From Eledone cirrhosa (lineage: Eukaryota): a stretch of 64,000 nucleotides of DNA. Both the position numbers and the translations under genes were made by a program. Below, one piece after another: positions 46,786-64,000 of the stretch. How positions within the stretch are numbered: the first letter of the stretch is position 1; the number at the start of each line of letters is the position of its first letter. The stretch is taken from positions 13,787 to 77,786 of the forward strand of contig CAXHJY010000854.1 in the NCBI GenBank assembly GCA_964016885.1, written 5' to 3'. The notes under the pieces are model-generated. The model was not told the DNA's origin and did not search any database. It was given only the letters and a program-made list of their open reading frames with translations.

Positions 46786-47063
46786 ATCATATATATTCGC
46801 AGCTACGAGCACATCTTAACATACAGAAATATTAACTCTATATAAGTGCGATAATAATAAGTAAATGATTACGTCCATTTCAGTGATATCACTATAAAGT
46901 GATATTGTCTATAATCCCCGCCAGGAAGATATATCTGTGTACTTGTTGAGATGATATACATATATTTCAATGGGAACATCATGAATATTCGAAAATAGTT
47001 TCATTTTACAGAGAAGTAATTGAAATGTGAGATTTTTATGTCTATACACTCAATGTCTAACGT

Positions 47064-47064
47064 A

Positions 47065-47098
<34 letters not shown>

Positions 47099-47272
47099 GT
47101 ATACACATTATATATATATGTATATATGTATATATATATATATGTATATATATATAAATATATATGTATATATGTATATATATATATATGTATATATATA
47201 TAAATATATATATATATATAGTAATTATATATATATGTATATATATATAAATATATATATATGTATAAATAT

Positions 47273-47304
<32 letters not shown>

Positions 47305-48180
47305 GTATATATATATAAATATATATATATGTATATATATATATACATTATATATATATGTATATGTATATATGTATATATATATGTATATATATATGTA
47401 TATATATATGTATATATATATGTATATATATATGTATATATATATGTATATATATATGTATATGTATATATATATGTATATATATATGTATATATATATG
47501 TATATATATATGTATGTATATATATATGTATATATATATGTATATGTATATATATGTATATATATATATGTATATATATATGTATATATATATGTATATA
47601 TATATGTATATATATATGTATATATATATATGTATATATATATGTATATATATATATGTATATATATATATGTATATATATATGTATATATATATATGTA
47701 TATATATATGTATATATATATATGTATATATATATGTATATGTATATATATATGTATATATATATATATATATATATGTATATGTATATATATGTATATA
47801 TATATGTATATATATATGTATATATATATATGTATATATATATATGTATATATATATGTATATATATACATTGTATATATATATGTATATATATACATTA
47901 TATATATATATGTATATATATGTATATGTATATATATACATTATATATATATATGTATATATATGTATATATATATATATACATATATATATAATGTATA
48001 TATATATATATACATTATATATATATATATATATATATGTGTATATATATATGTATATATATACATATATTATATATATAGATGTATATGTGTATATATA
48101 TATGTATATATATACATATATTATATATATAGATGTATATGTATATATGTATATATATACATATATTATATATATAGATG

Positions 48181-48220
<40 letters not shown>
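47064..48220. repeat. (TA)n/(TATATATATG)n microsatellite
   Basis: Direct inspection. Confidence 0.95.
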
Positions 48221-48221
<1 letters not shown>

Positions 48222-48604
48222 CAAACAGCGTGTCTCTTTAAATAAAGGTCATTTTATCCTTTGAGCTTTCAAATGCTTCAATCGCATTTGTCTGCGTCTG
48301 TCTTTCAAACACCAGAATTACTTTACCATCCCATTCAGATGGCTAGACATATGTTAACAGTTTCTAGATATATTTTAATTTCCTATCAAAGTTTTCCCAT
48401 AGACGTTCTGATTTAATAGATTGTCAGCCATAGAAGAGAATCACCAAAGAGAATTACGTTACCAAGATAGCATTCCGCCCGGGAGAAAAGATGGGAAAGA
48501 AATGGCACAAAAATTGTAAAGGATATAAGAATGTAGTCATATGTAGTCTTAACTGTGATTATATATAACTATATAAATAGATGTGTATGTTTGTATGTAT
48601 GTAT

Positions 48605-48642
<38 letters not shown>

Positions 48643-48646
<4 letters not shown>

Positions 48647-48743
48647 TGAATAATAAATTTGAAGACTAAAATCCAAAGAGGGCTCGATAAGGATAAATAT
48701 ATATCAAATATATAAGAACCGTAGAGCAAATCTGTTATTTTAA
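48643..48743 (-). mobile_element. Family C element, truncated
   Basis: gaagactaaaatcc.aagagggctcgataaggataa shared with the 28309 copy; short inverted aatctgttattttaa. Confidence 0.75.
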
Positions 48744-48750
48744 ATTAAAA

Positions 48751-48783
<33 letters not shown>

Positions 48784-48784
<1 letters not shown>

Positions 48785-48979
48785 GTTTTAATATAGATGA
48801 ATAGATGAGATTCTACAGGACTAGAACTGTTTCATTCTCGAGAAATCATCAGGATTCCTGATTATTTCTCAAGAATCAAACAGTTCTAGTCCTGTAGAAT
48901 CTCATCTATATTAAAACGTTCATACTCTGCTCTGTATTGAGTACCTTACTTACCTCAGATTCAACCCGAACCGTATAAC
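48784..48979 (+). mobile_element. Family B element with fold-back and HHR
   Basis: Hairpin centred at 48855. The minus-strand arm reads CUGAUGA-uuucucgagaau-GAAACAG..CUGUA-gaauc; the plus-arm core is mutated. Confidence 0.8.
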
Positions 48980-49026
48980 TTATATATATATATAAATTTT
49001 GAGTATATGTTGGTTGTATACCAACA

Positions 49027-49067
<41 letters not shown>

Positions 49068-49107
49068 GCATATACATACATATATATACATATATATAAT
49101 ATATATA

Positions 49108-49139
<32 letters not shown>

Positions 49140-49244
49140 CATAATATATATATAATATATATATATGCATATATATATTATATATATATATATATGTATA
49201 TATGCATTTATATATATATATAATATATATATACATATATATAC

Positions 49245-49277
<33 letters not shown>

Positions 49278-49422
49278 CATAATATATATATACATATTTA
49301 TATATACATATATATACATATATATACATATATATATTCATATATATATATACATATATATATTTATATATATACATATATATATATACATATATATACA
49401 TATACATATATATATATATATA

Positions 49423-50028
49423 TGGTGGCTGCCAACTCGTCTTCGAGTACGGCCACTACTTTATATCCATGTACGAGAACCCCTACCGATACGCTGAACG
49501 AGTGTGACTTTTTAGTCCAGCCAGCGACTTGAAAACTCTGGTACAAACACTACACTTGTGACAATTATTGACACATAGTGCTGGGCCCATGGTACCATGT
49601 GAGGACAAGTGCAGAGAGATCTCCAGATATAAAGCAATGCCTGTGCCGTGAAGCTTTTATAGTGAGCAAAGGCACTGCGCAAAGCCAGTCCCACTCTCTT
49701 AACCAAGATGATATTTACCAAAAAGAAGAAGTCAACATCATTGGATACCATCAGGGTTGCAGGTGTTATATCAGAGTTTTCCTTCTCCTAGAATTCTGCC
49801 TTGACAAAGGCTAAGGGGTCATCTCTCCCTGTGATTTTGGATGGCCATTGACTCTTAAGAGCTCTTTTTCCCTTTGACAGGTTTTGTTTTTAGTCCTGCA
49901 GGATGTCCAAAGTCACCCTCCTCACCAAGAAACCTTGGTGGGGTTGCCAGTTTAGTCGCCAACGACCCGACCATGAGACAGGTTGTACTGGGATACATGT
50001 TACCAGTAGCACCAACAGGTGGCCTGAC
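49423..50028 (-). mobile_element. Non-autonomous bipartite RTE-derived element (about 600 bp)
   Basis: RTE-like 5' UTR joined to a 3' end encoding [21 protein letters not shown]; no RT domain. Confidence 0.75.
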
Positions 50029-50029
50029 A

Positions 50030-52210
<2,181 letters not shown>

Positions 52211-53092
52211 ATGAAAGCTTCTTATTGATTTTCCAAACAATATTCTTTGGTGTCTAATAACATTGGCACCGTTTCCTCTGTTGTATGAAATAATAAAATC
52301 AAAGCTGGAAATCACATGAACGTAAAATTAAGTAAGTCTTATCAATTTTTTGCAGAAGTCGGAAAAATAACGATAATGAAATGAATTCAATTGTTTAGAA
52401 TTTTAGAGTACGAAAAACAAATATGTACACTAATACAAAAATCTGTTTGTCTTGTCCTATACTATAGCTGAGCACAGGTACTTTTGATGTAAGCATGGCT
52501 CGCTAGTCTGAAGAGGGAAAACTGTCCGAGTATCGTAGAGTCTGTAGCAGTAGAGATTTAGGTGTTCTTGATTCCTGGGCTACATCTTTGCCCTGTGCTA
52601 TCGAAGAGGAATTGGCTGCCCACACGAGCGAGTCCCACGCAGTGGAGTAGCTGTTCAGCGCGTTTCCTTCGCCGACCTCCGGGGCAATGTATTCTCAATA
52701 TGTGGGCTACCGGGATTAAGACATTGAGTGTAAGTTAGTTAAAAGCAAAGGATACTCATTCGTACCTCACCCATATACACACAAACATTAAATAGACACA
52801 AGAGTCAACTGTGGTAAACATTTCTCTCTTTTGAAGGTTGGATGTCTGCAACGCAATTCTTTGATGTGATGAGAAGAACATGTACCTATTAACAAATCAA
52901 TGAAAGCAAGCAATATTTCCATTAGTATTCACAATGACGGTACTATCCCTTTGGTCAAAGACGGAAGGAGACTATTGAGGAACTGGTCCACGGAAACCAT
53001 GTTTCCATTGACCTTTCATTTTTTCCATTTCTGGAACTTTCTTTCTGTCAAATTTTGGCAGATGAAAATCTGTTTCGTCAAATCCCAATAAG

Positions 53093-53163
<71 letters not shown>

Positions 53164-53224
53164 TTTGGGTGTGTGCGTGTTTGTGTCTTTGTGTGTGTGT
53201 ACATACAATCAGATTTATTTACGT

Positions 53225-53271
<47 letters not shown>

Positions 53272-54545
53272 TATGCATTGCATCCTGATTTTAATTATTC
53301 CCCTATCATTTTCTTATCTGATTCATTATTTAGTTAATAAGTTAATATATATTATTTGGTGTCAGATATCGACCGAATATTTTGTCGGTCACGACATACA
53401 TTTCTCAATATTAAACGCCGAATAAGGTTAACAAACGCGTCACTATTCAAATAATACTGACATCTTCGCATAATTGTATAGAATATATAATACCCACTGT
53501 GTTATTACAGAAAGGAGAATACATAAAAATTTCGTTTAAAAAATGATGGTACTTATTCCCTAGTAACTATAATAATTTCGACTATTATGTGACGAAACTA
53601 ACAATGAGAAAATCAACATTATCTTTGAAAAGAAACATTAACAGCAAGATGAACAGGACATGCGTTGCTTCCATATTTCAACAAATACTATTTTTCTAAA
53701 CGGATATAGTTAGTCTATTTAGACATATTCTATTCTTTTGTGATACTTAGTGACAGAAACATATTTTCTATAACAAAGCAGTTTCAAATTACACAGCAAA
53801 TAACAATATCTTTCCAAAATTTGTCTTTTATTGCCTCACATTTATGACCTCAGCAGGTTCTCTTTTCTTTGTTGTAAATCATATTATGCTGGAAAGTTAT
53901 AAATAATTCAGATGCTATATAATATTATAAATATAAATATAGTTTTGCAAATACGCATTCATATAGAAATTCTCTGTTAGTTCGCCTAACTTCAGACATT
54001 TTGCTAAAAGTCATTTGTTTAATTTAGCATAAATTTAAAATGGCAATGAATCCTCTTGCCATTCAATTTAGATTTGTCGATTTCTCTCAAATCTCATTTA
54101 GTCACTATTTATTGGAGAAGAGGTAAAACTGGAGTGGGGTGGTGGTGGTGGTTTTTTGTCGAGCCAGTTAATGTTAACAATTCGACTTTTTGGAAGTTTT
54201 CCCATAATGGAAAATCTTACACATTGAAAGTTTGACAAATAGAACAATTCGAAAAAGCAATGTGAATGTTAAAATAGAAATTTATTTCTTCGTCTCTAAA
54301 CAGACAGCAATTTCTTGATTGACATACAAAGGTTAATATCATGATATAAATTCCCATCAAATCTCTACACTTGATTGCCAGTTTTGTTGGTACTTAATGT
54401 GTTAGATAGTGTGATTCACTTGAGGTTAAACGGAATAACATACTTCTACAACTTATATATCTGATATGTATGATATGTGTCGTCATATAATAGTACACCC
54501 CCACACGTAGTTGCATACATAATCATGTACTCACAGATATATATC

Positions 54546-54591
<46 letters not shown>

Positions 54592-54602
54592 TATATATAT
54601 AT

Positions 54603-54787
54603 AATTGTTTCTACATTTGGCACAAGGCCAGAAATAACCCAGTGCATTACTGGTACATTATTTTATCGATCCCGTAAGGATGAAAGGCAAAGTTGACCTC
54701 GGCGGGATTTGAACTCAGATCGTAAACGGACGTAACTATGCTGCAAAGCATGGCGTCCGACCCTCTACCCACCGATACTGCCAATTC
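54603..54787 (-). mobile_element. tRNA-derived SINE family 1
   Basis: Closely similar to 16934-17113. Confidence 0.88.
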
Positions 54788-54809
54788 ACTATATATATAA
54801 TATAATATA

Positions 54810-54845
<36 letters not shown>

Positions 54846-54855
54846 ATATAATATA

Positions 54856-54911
<56 letters not shown>

Positions 54912-55502
54912 AAGAATTTATATCTAGTAACATTTATATACATACAAATGCATGTCAATGCTAGCAAATATATAGGTTTTGTCTTAGTAACATTGTGGTT
55001 CAATGCATGGGGTTGCAGAACAATAATATGAGAGACGTAAAACAAGAAAATTATAAAATGAACTTACTTACTAAAATATCACTTCCAACTAATTAGTTTC
55101 TGGAATGGTGTAAATATATTTTCCGAAGAAGATATGGAAAAGCATTCCGTCGTCAGGAAAGTCTATTTTCGTGTAAGTTTCCAGGCATAGCGAGGACTCT
55201 GGAAACTTATTAAAAAAATAATTCAGTGGAAAGGAAATACCGAAGCGAGGACTGAAATCCTAGCCATTGAGAAAATCACTGCCTCTACGTCTGTGGCAAA
55301 TTCAAAAAGAATCAATCGAGGTCAATCAGTGGAAAGCGAGTTGTTAATAAGACAGCGGCCTGCCTACTACTATAGCAGCAGTCATGGCCAATATTGCTCG
55401 ACAAATGATTTGGAGATAATTATAAAGAATTTATATCTAGTAACATTTATATACATACAGATATCAATGCTCGCAAATATATAGGTTTTGTCTTAGTAAC
55501 AT

Positions 55503-56975
<1,473 letters not shown>

Positions 56976-57603
56976 CGTAAGGAGTAAATGAACGGCTTAT
57001 ATATAAGCATGTATTTTGTGTGTTTGTGTAACCTTGAAACACCGTGCCCCAGAATGGTCGCAATCCAATGTCTGCAAATATAAAAATAAAATATTCTATA
57101 GATATTTAATTAAAAAACATTTCCAAAATTCAAAATAAGTGTTTAAAATTCAACATCAAATGAGATGATAGGATTTAGTTCAAATACAGAAATGAATAAA
57201 AACACAAACAAAACAGAAGATTGACTTAAAGATTACTAGTTTCTTTTAAATAATTTCTCGTCCTTCATTTAGCCACCTTCAAATAAATTTAATAACCTAA
57301 TGTTTCTATTGATTTTTCTAAATAACTTTTCTTCTAAAATCTGTTTTAGTAAAAGATGCCACCATACTATAGTAGTTTTAATGTATTAAGTAATAAATAA
57401 TTATATAAATACAACACAAGAAATATATTGAGAAAGAAAAGAAAAAGAACTTAATGCATTGGTTCTTTTCTTAACAATTCAGATATTTTCCAACAGCAAA
57501 GAAAACAACATACGATAACAGTTTTAAGAGAATGTATGATGTAGGGGAATTGATGTACACAATTATTTCGATTAGAAATATGTGTGTGTGTATATACATG
57601 TCT

Positions 57604-57684
<81 letters not shown>

Positions 57685-57752
57685 AATATATGCATGTGTA
57701 TATATAGGTATGTATATATGTATGTATATACAGATATGTATGTTTATACATT

Positions 57753-57797
<45 letters not shown>

Positions 57798-57894
57798 GTA
57801 TTTATGTGTATGTGTGTGTAATTTAAAGCAAACAGTATAGAAAACCCACATTTGTTCATCGAAACGATTATATTTTTAACAGAATTTATGTATA

Positions 57895-58655
57895 AAATGA
57901 AGATGTAAGTGCAGGACTTTCGGTAATTTTCTTTCTAAAAGCATAATGTCAACCGCAGTGCAACACAGGTGGGTAGAATAAAAGGAACTTTTGACCTGGA
58001 TACTGTTAAGGAATGCTCATTGTAACGCTGGTCTGAAATATTCCATCGTTGTGAAATTATGTTTTAATATTACGAATGTTGCAGACGATCTTCTGTTATT
58101 GATGACGATCAACTAATTTTTTCGGTGGAAGGAAATCCTTGCACAATTGATCAAGAGTTTGCAAGAGGGCTACCTGTAGGCATGAGAATAATTTCTGAAC
58201 ATTTAACTCGATTGGAAAATTGAAGACCTTTGAAAATGAGTGCTATATGACTTGAGTGAAAACAAGAAAAACCGCTGTTGAGAAGTATGCTTTTCTTTTT
58301 TTTTGTGTATAAACATACTGTCCATTCCTCGATCTCGTTCTGACGTGAGATGAAGAGAAGATTCTACATAAAACCAACGATGAACTGAAACTCTTCACCG
58401 CTTTCCAAATCCGAAGTTGCACAAACAGAAAGTTATGGTGACTCTTTGGTGGTCCATGGCTAAATAAAACCACTACAGATTTCTCTATCTTGGAGAAGTA
58501 TTCACGCAGAGAACTACTGTCACGGAAATTATGGCATGCATGTAAAAAAATTGCTGCGTATGTGTCTAGCATTGGTCAGAGAAAGACCCAACTCCCCTCA
58601 CGACAACATTCGACCACTCATCACACAGCGGCGTCGAACGATTTGGGCTGCGAAT
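57895..58655 (+). pseudogene. Heavily decayed mariner transposase
   Basis: Collinear remnants RSSVIDDDQLIFSVEGNP..QEFARGL, PFLDLVLT*DEEKILH, HDNIRP and NDLGCE resemble mariner GRP..D.DQL...VE..P, PFL.RI.TGDEKW, HDNARPH and NELGYE. Confidence 0.7.
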
Positions 58656-58751
58656 AAGAATAAGATTATTCTGAAATGAAAACGAAATTTATGTGACATT
58701 AAAACAATGTTAAATATTGTTTTTATGATTTCCTAGTTAATATACGTCAAC

Positions 58752-58965
58752 ATTGCCCTCATCCTTTCGGTATCGATAAAAAAATGTACCAGTCTCGTAC
58801 TGGAGTCGATTCGTCCTCTATATCTCTTTCTCAATTCCTCTCTCTCACTTTCTATCTTTCTCTGGAAGAATCTGCTTTACTCAGGCCTGGAGAGTATGGG
58901 CTCCGCTAGGCTTCAAATGCCCAAGAAACGCCCTATGATTTTATCAGGTGTTACGGACCATACAT
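58752..58965 (+). mobile_element. SINE family 1, 3' half with extension
   Basis: ttgccctcatcctttcggtatcgataaa..gtaccagt..tactggagtcgatt, a CT tract, then an extension shared with 18975-19097. Confidence 0.7.
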
Positions 58966-60247
58966 ATTTGATTATATGGTATAATAAAACTGAGGAAATC
59001 CATCCATTTTCTCCCATATAATTGCAAATCTTTCTATTTTATTTTACTTAAAGTTCTGTATACGATGAAACGTAGCCGAACGTGTTACATATACTACATA
59101 TATTTACACGATAGTATATGAAAGGAGGAATTTGACATTTTAAAAAAATGTCCATCTTAAAACCATTAACCATCATCTATCCACATAGCATTAGCCTTCC
59201 TTCTAATTCATTTGTACAAACTTCGGTCTTGACAACTCTAAAAAAACACACTAATAAATGATATTGATTATAAAATGGAAATTATATTTCTTGTGTGTCT
59301 AAGTGAAGAAGTAAAGGTATTTCACTTCTAGGAATTCTAGAAAAATTCCATCAGACAATTATTCGTTCTTAAAGCAAATTTCATAATCTTATCATTCGTG
59401 TTTATATTTTTATAAAATATTTAAATCATAGCCGCAAAGATTTTCTTAAAATGTCACTTCTTATTAATATAAAAAAAAATAACGTTAAGTGTTTTGGGCT
59501 TTGGCAAATTATGCGTCAATTTTGCCTCAGTGTATATAACCGAATGTCTATAGATGTGACTCTTGGATTCTTGAGATGTGCATACTTTGAAATGAACGAA
59601 ACAGAATTGTAAAAATAAATGAATATATATATGTATGGCTGAAATGGGAATTTAATAGAGGCGATCCATCAAGGCGGCAAAACATACGGATGAATTCATT
59701 GAAGAAAACCTTAGCTTAACGAGGATAAATGAGATTATATCTGATTTTTATCTCTTTCATTAGTATTCATTTAATATAAAAGAAACAAAATCTGAACAGA
59801 ATCAAAGACCTGATCATTATTGTTTGTTTGTTTGTGTGTTTTGTTGGTAAAAATGTTGTTTCTTAGTCACATCAGATATCAATAATGATTCTGTAAGTTA
59901 GTTCAAAAGTGATAACATTACACAGACAAGTTTACATTATCCATTAGCGTAACTATTTTTACTAAAGACTAGAAGAGAGATGTTGAAATAAAGGACCATC
60001 AGAATTAGGTACAAAGGACCGGAGACCTCAAAACTAATTAAACTATGATGCATTTCGTTAAAGAAAATTGAATATTACCTCGACACCTATAATATTGTGA
60101 ACAAATAGCCGCAAAGACAGAGTAGTCGCGAATAATTGATACAGACATCTCACGTAGTGCTATAGCAAAAGAACCATTATCGCATTAGCGAAGAGGGTCA
60201 TTTTGTTTCTGATTTATTTTTCTTGTAATAAGTTCCATGCAAAGACG

Positions 60248-60420
60248 TGGCGAATTGAGAGATTCGTTAGAAGGGCGGATACAATTCTTTGCGATGTTCG
60301 TTTCTGTTATCTGAGCTCTGAGTTCAAATCTTGCCCAGGTCAACTTTTCTCTTCACCCTTACGATGTCGATAAAAGATACCAGTCATATAATCGTGTAAG
60401 GGGATTATTTCTCTATATCC
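60248..60420 (+). mobile_element. SINE family 1, diverged
   Basis: attcgttaga..ctgagttcaaatc..ggtcaacttt..gtcgataaaagataccagt. Confidence 0.7.
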
Positions 60421-61353
60421 CTTTCTCTCTTCCTCTCTGTGTCATTTCCTATCTATCATCCTCTCTCTCTCACCCTCTGTTCTCTCTATCTCTCACCCTC
60501 TTTTCTCTTCTCTCTCTCTCCTCTCTCTCACTCTTTCCTAATCGACCGTGTTCATGCTTGAATGGAAAGGGGATGAACCCCACTATATACAACATATGTC
60601 CAATGCCCATATTATATTTCTATGGAGGCCCCCGACCCCATAGGATGTTACAGGGCCATATATACATATATTCCAGAGAAACAGATAGGGGTAGCTAAGG
60701 AATGCTACCAAGGTGATTCACATAATGTAAGAGAAAGAAACCGTTCTTATATGGGATCGAGGAAGCTATGTTTCCATTCATTTTCTCATTGAATATACTA
60801 TCTGCCGTGAGGAATCATCTGACAGAAGCATTACAGTTTTCCCGTCACAGATGGTGGCATTTGAATTTACTCGAAAATAGACGAACAGATAGAGTAAAGC
60901 AATCTGTCCACCAATACATCGCACTTTGTATTGATATTTTATCGATTCAGAAACCATGAGAAGCCAATCTGATGTCAGAGGGATTTGAACTTAGAACACA
61001 GTAACCCGCAACGATTATCAATCCATTAAACCCAACACACTAACCACTTACACATTTGTCGCTTAGATTCACGAAAAATGTCCGCTGGAAAATAAACTTT
61101 ACATAATTACTCGAATATAATTATATTCTTTTAATTATTAATTTTCTCCAGAGGTTAAATCGGTGATTTGGATTTTACAATAAATAAATTTAGCGTTTCT
61201 GTCAGGTGTGAGAACATAAGGCAGATGTCACATGGCCTGAAAAATTTGGCTTCGAAAAGTGGTGAGTCTATTAAGTTACATCTAACCTAGTGCAAAACAG
61301 TGGCCTATACATTCAAAAACTGTACCGCACCGCTTTATATATATTATACATAT

Positions 61354-61426
<73 letters not shown>

Positions 61427-61898
61427 CATATTATATACATACACACACACACATACACATATTTATAATATGTATAGTATTTATATAATATGTATAATAA
61501 TATATATAATATACATAATGTGTATATATATATATATATATATATGCTTTTGATCTTGCTATATGAAACGTATAGACCTTTACACAAAATAAACAAAAAC
61601 AGAAACAGATCAGAAAAATAAAACAACTTTTATTGAACGATGCACGTCTGCAAATATATTACTCGGCCATTATTGATCAGTTCAAAAATCAATCTACTGG
61701 GAACTATGCATATTTATAAACACACCCAGGAAGGAAATAAATAAGAAGAGAAAAAAAGACACGTTGATTTCACAATATAAAGAAAATATTGAATTAATGT
61801 ATAAATAATAAACATACATACATATTAAATACATAAAAAAAAATATTGACGCATTTCAGCTACATTATTATTATGATTAATAGCACAGCGCTGATTAC

Positions 61899-61941
<43 letters not shown>

Positions 61942-62128
61942 GTCATTGTTGTTGTTGTCGTTGTTGTTGTTTATGAAACCAGTTTTCGTGTCGGCGCTCT
62001 GTATATATATGTAATGTATGTAAATGCTTTTGTATCTTATGTATGCAATTCTGTGTTACAGTCTGTTTGTCAACATATGCATGCGTATATGACATGAGCA
62101 CTCATACAGACCCTTATATGCACCCTCA

Positions 62129-62175
<47 letters not shown>

Positions 62176-62180
62176 TCATC

Positions 62181-62215
<35 letters not shown>

Positions 62216-62220
62216 TCATC

Positions 62221-62265
<45 letters not shown>

Positions 62266-62325
62266 TCCATCTACATATATATATATATATATGTATATAT
62301 ACTCATCTATATATATATATATATA

Positions 62326-62366
<41 letters not shown>

Positions 62367-62468
62367 ACACATTATATATATATATATATACATATAAATA
62401 ATATATATATGTATATATATATATACATATAAATATATATATATATGTATATATATATATACATATAA

Positions 62469-62503
<35 letters not shown>

Positions 62504-62517
62504 TATAAATATATATG

Positions 62518-62558
<41 letters not shown>

Positions 62559-62637
62559 ATATATATATATATATATATATACATATAAATATATATATAT
62601 GTATATATATATTTATATAAATATAAACATATATATT

Positions 62638-62669
<32 letters not shown>

Positions 62670-62705
62670 CGTATATATATATATATACATTTAAACGTAT
62701 ATACA

Positions 62706-62736
<31 letters not shown>

Positions 62737-62815
62737 AAATATAAACATATATATTTTTATATATATATATATATATAAACGTATATATATATATATACAT
62801 TTAAACGTATATACA

Positions 62816-62866
<51 letters not shown>

Positions 62867-63093
62867 AATATATATATTTATATATATATGCAATATATAT
62901 ATGTATATATATATGCATATATATGTATATATATGCATATAAACGTATATAATATATATACATATAAAGGTGTATGTATATATATATGTATATATATATA
63001 TTTATATATATATGCATATATATATGTATATATATGCATATATATGTATATATATGCATATAAACGTATATAATATATATACATATAAAGGTG

Positions 63094-63156
<63 letters not shown>

Positions 63157-63251
63157 TTATATATATATGTATATAAATATATATATGTATATATATATAT
63201 TTATATATATATGTATATAAATATATATATGTATATATATATATATATATA

Positions 63252-63332
<81 letters not shown>

Positions 63333-63336
<4 letters not shown>

Positions 63337-63645
63337 CGTTTCTGAATTTGTTTAGCAAGATTCTTTATCTGAAAACGTGTGTTGAAACCGATATTGTTAT
63401 ACTTTGGCAGAGACATGTTGCCAATAAGATACACACGCACCACTTGATTTCACTTCAATTTATTATAATAAATTTATAAATTTAGGAATTTATAAATTTT
63501 CGGTTGGTTGGTTGGTTCCACAACCATATGGTTGTTTATATATTGTCAAAGTTCTTTCGTCACACATTTTGTGACCTCTTCAGTGACTGGGGATTCTTTT
63601 CTTTGTTTGTGTGCCTCTCCATTGTTCTGTCCTACGCCATCTTGT
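63333..63645 (-). mobile_element. Family E PLE-like element
   Basis: Reverse complement of 26011-26308; (TA)n flanks; contains an HHR. Confidence 0.75.
63545..63587 (-). ncRNA. Minimal type I hammerhead ribozyme (family E)
   Basis: guca-CUGAAGA-g-gucaca-aaaug-ugugac-GAAAG-aa-CUU-ugac. Stem I guca/ugac, 6-bp stem II, minimal stem III. Confidence 0.7.
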
Positions 63646-63755
63646 TTCTGAGAACATATATATATATATGTATATATATATGTTTATATATATATATATA
63701 TATGTATGTATAAATATAAGTATATAGTTATACGAATATATATACATATATATAC

Positions 63756-63835
<80 letters not shown>

Positions 63836-63848
63836 GTATATATATATG

Positions 63849-63911
<63 letters not shown>

Positions 63912-64000
63912 GTATGTATATATATATATATGTATATATATGTATATATATATATGTATATATATGTATATATATATATGTATATATATATGTATATATA

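Larger units (their letters stand above)
62130..64000. repeat. (TA)n microsatellite hosting a family E element
   Basis: Direct inspection. Confidence 0.95.

Noticed and set aside
52500-52545. CTGAAGA-ggg..tcc-GAGTA hammerhead-like string
   Set aside because: GAAA is absent and stem I does not pair; at best a very decayed relic
55110-55165. Minus-strand CTGACGA...GAAA
   Set aside because: No stem I or stem III pairing
54909-55502. Direct duplication of about 80 bp (54909-54992 and 55422-55502); similar local duplications at 18320-18960, 23095-23560 and 25270-25400
   Set aside because: Ordinary local duplications with no LTR features (TG..CA, PBS, PPT) and no coding signal

Overview
AT-rich, repeat-saturated eukaryotic non-coding DNA. 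I infer an octopod cephalopod from tRNA-derived SINEs resembling Octopus SINEs. I found no convincing host protein-coding gene: almost every ORF in the track is a translated (TA)n/(CA)n/(GA)n/(ATC)n microsatellite. Recognisable content: two tRNA-SINE families, CR1, RTE and Tx1/L1-like LINE fragments, a decayed mariner transposase, a hAT-like MITE and two TE-derived tandem arrays. The most striking signal is a set of at least six sequence-distinct families of short (100-550 bp) elements, nearly all embedded in (TA)n. They carry type I hammerhead ribozyme (HHR) motifs, and most also have a 5' fold-back inverted repeat, including a palindrome with 206-bp arms. They are best read as non-autonomous, microsatellite-associated Penelope-like (PLE)/retrozyme-type retroelements. 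A bipartite RTE derivative carries a possible HDV-like ribozyme. All folding, alignment and coordinates were done by eye; no searches were run.
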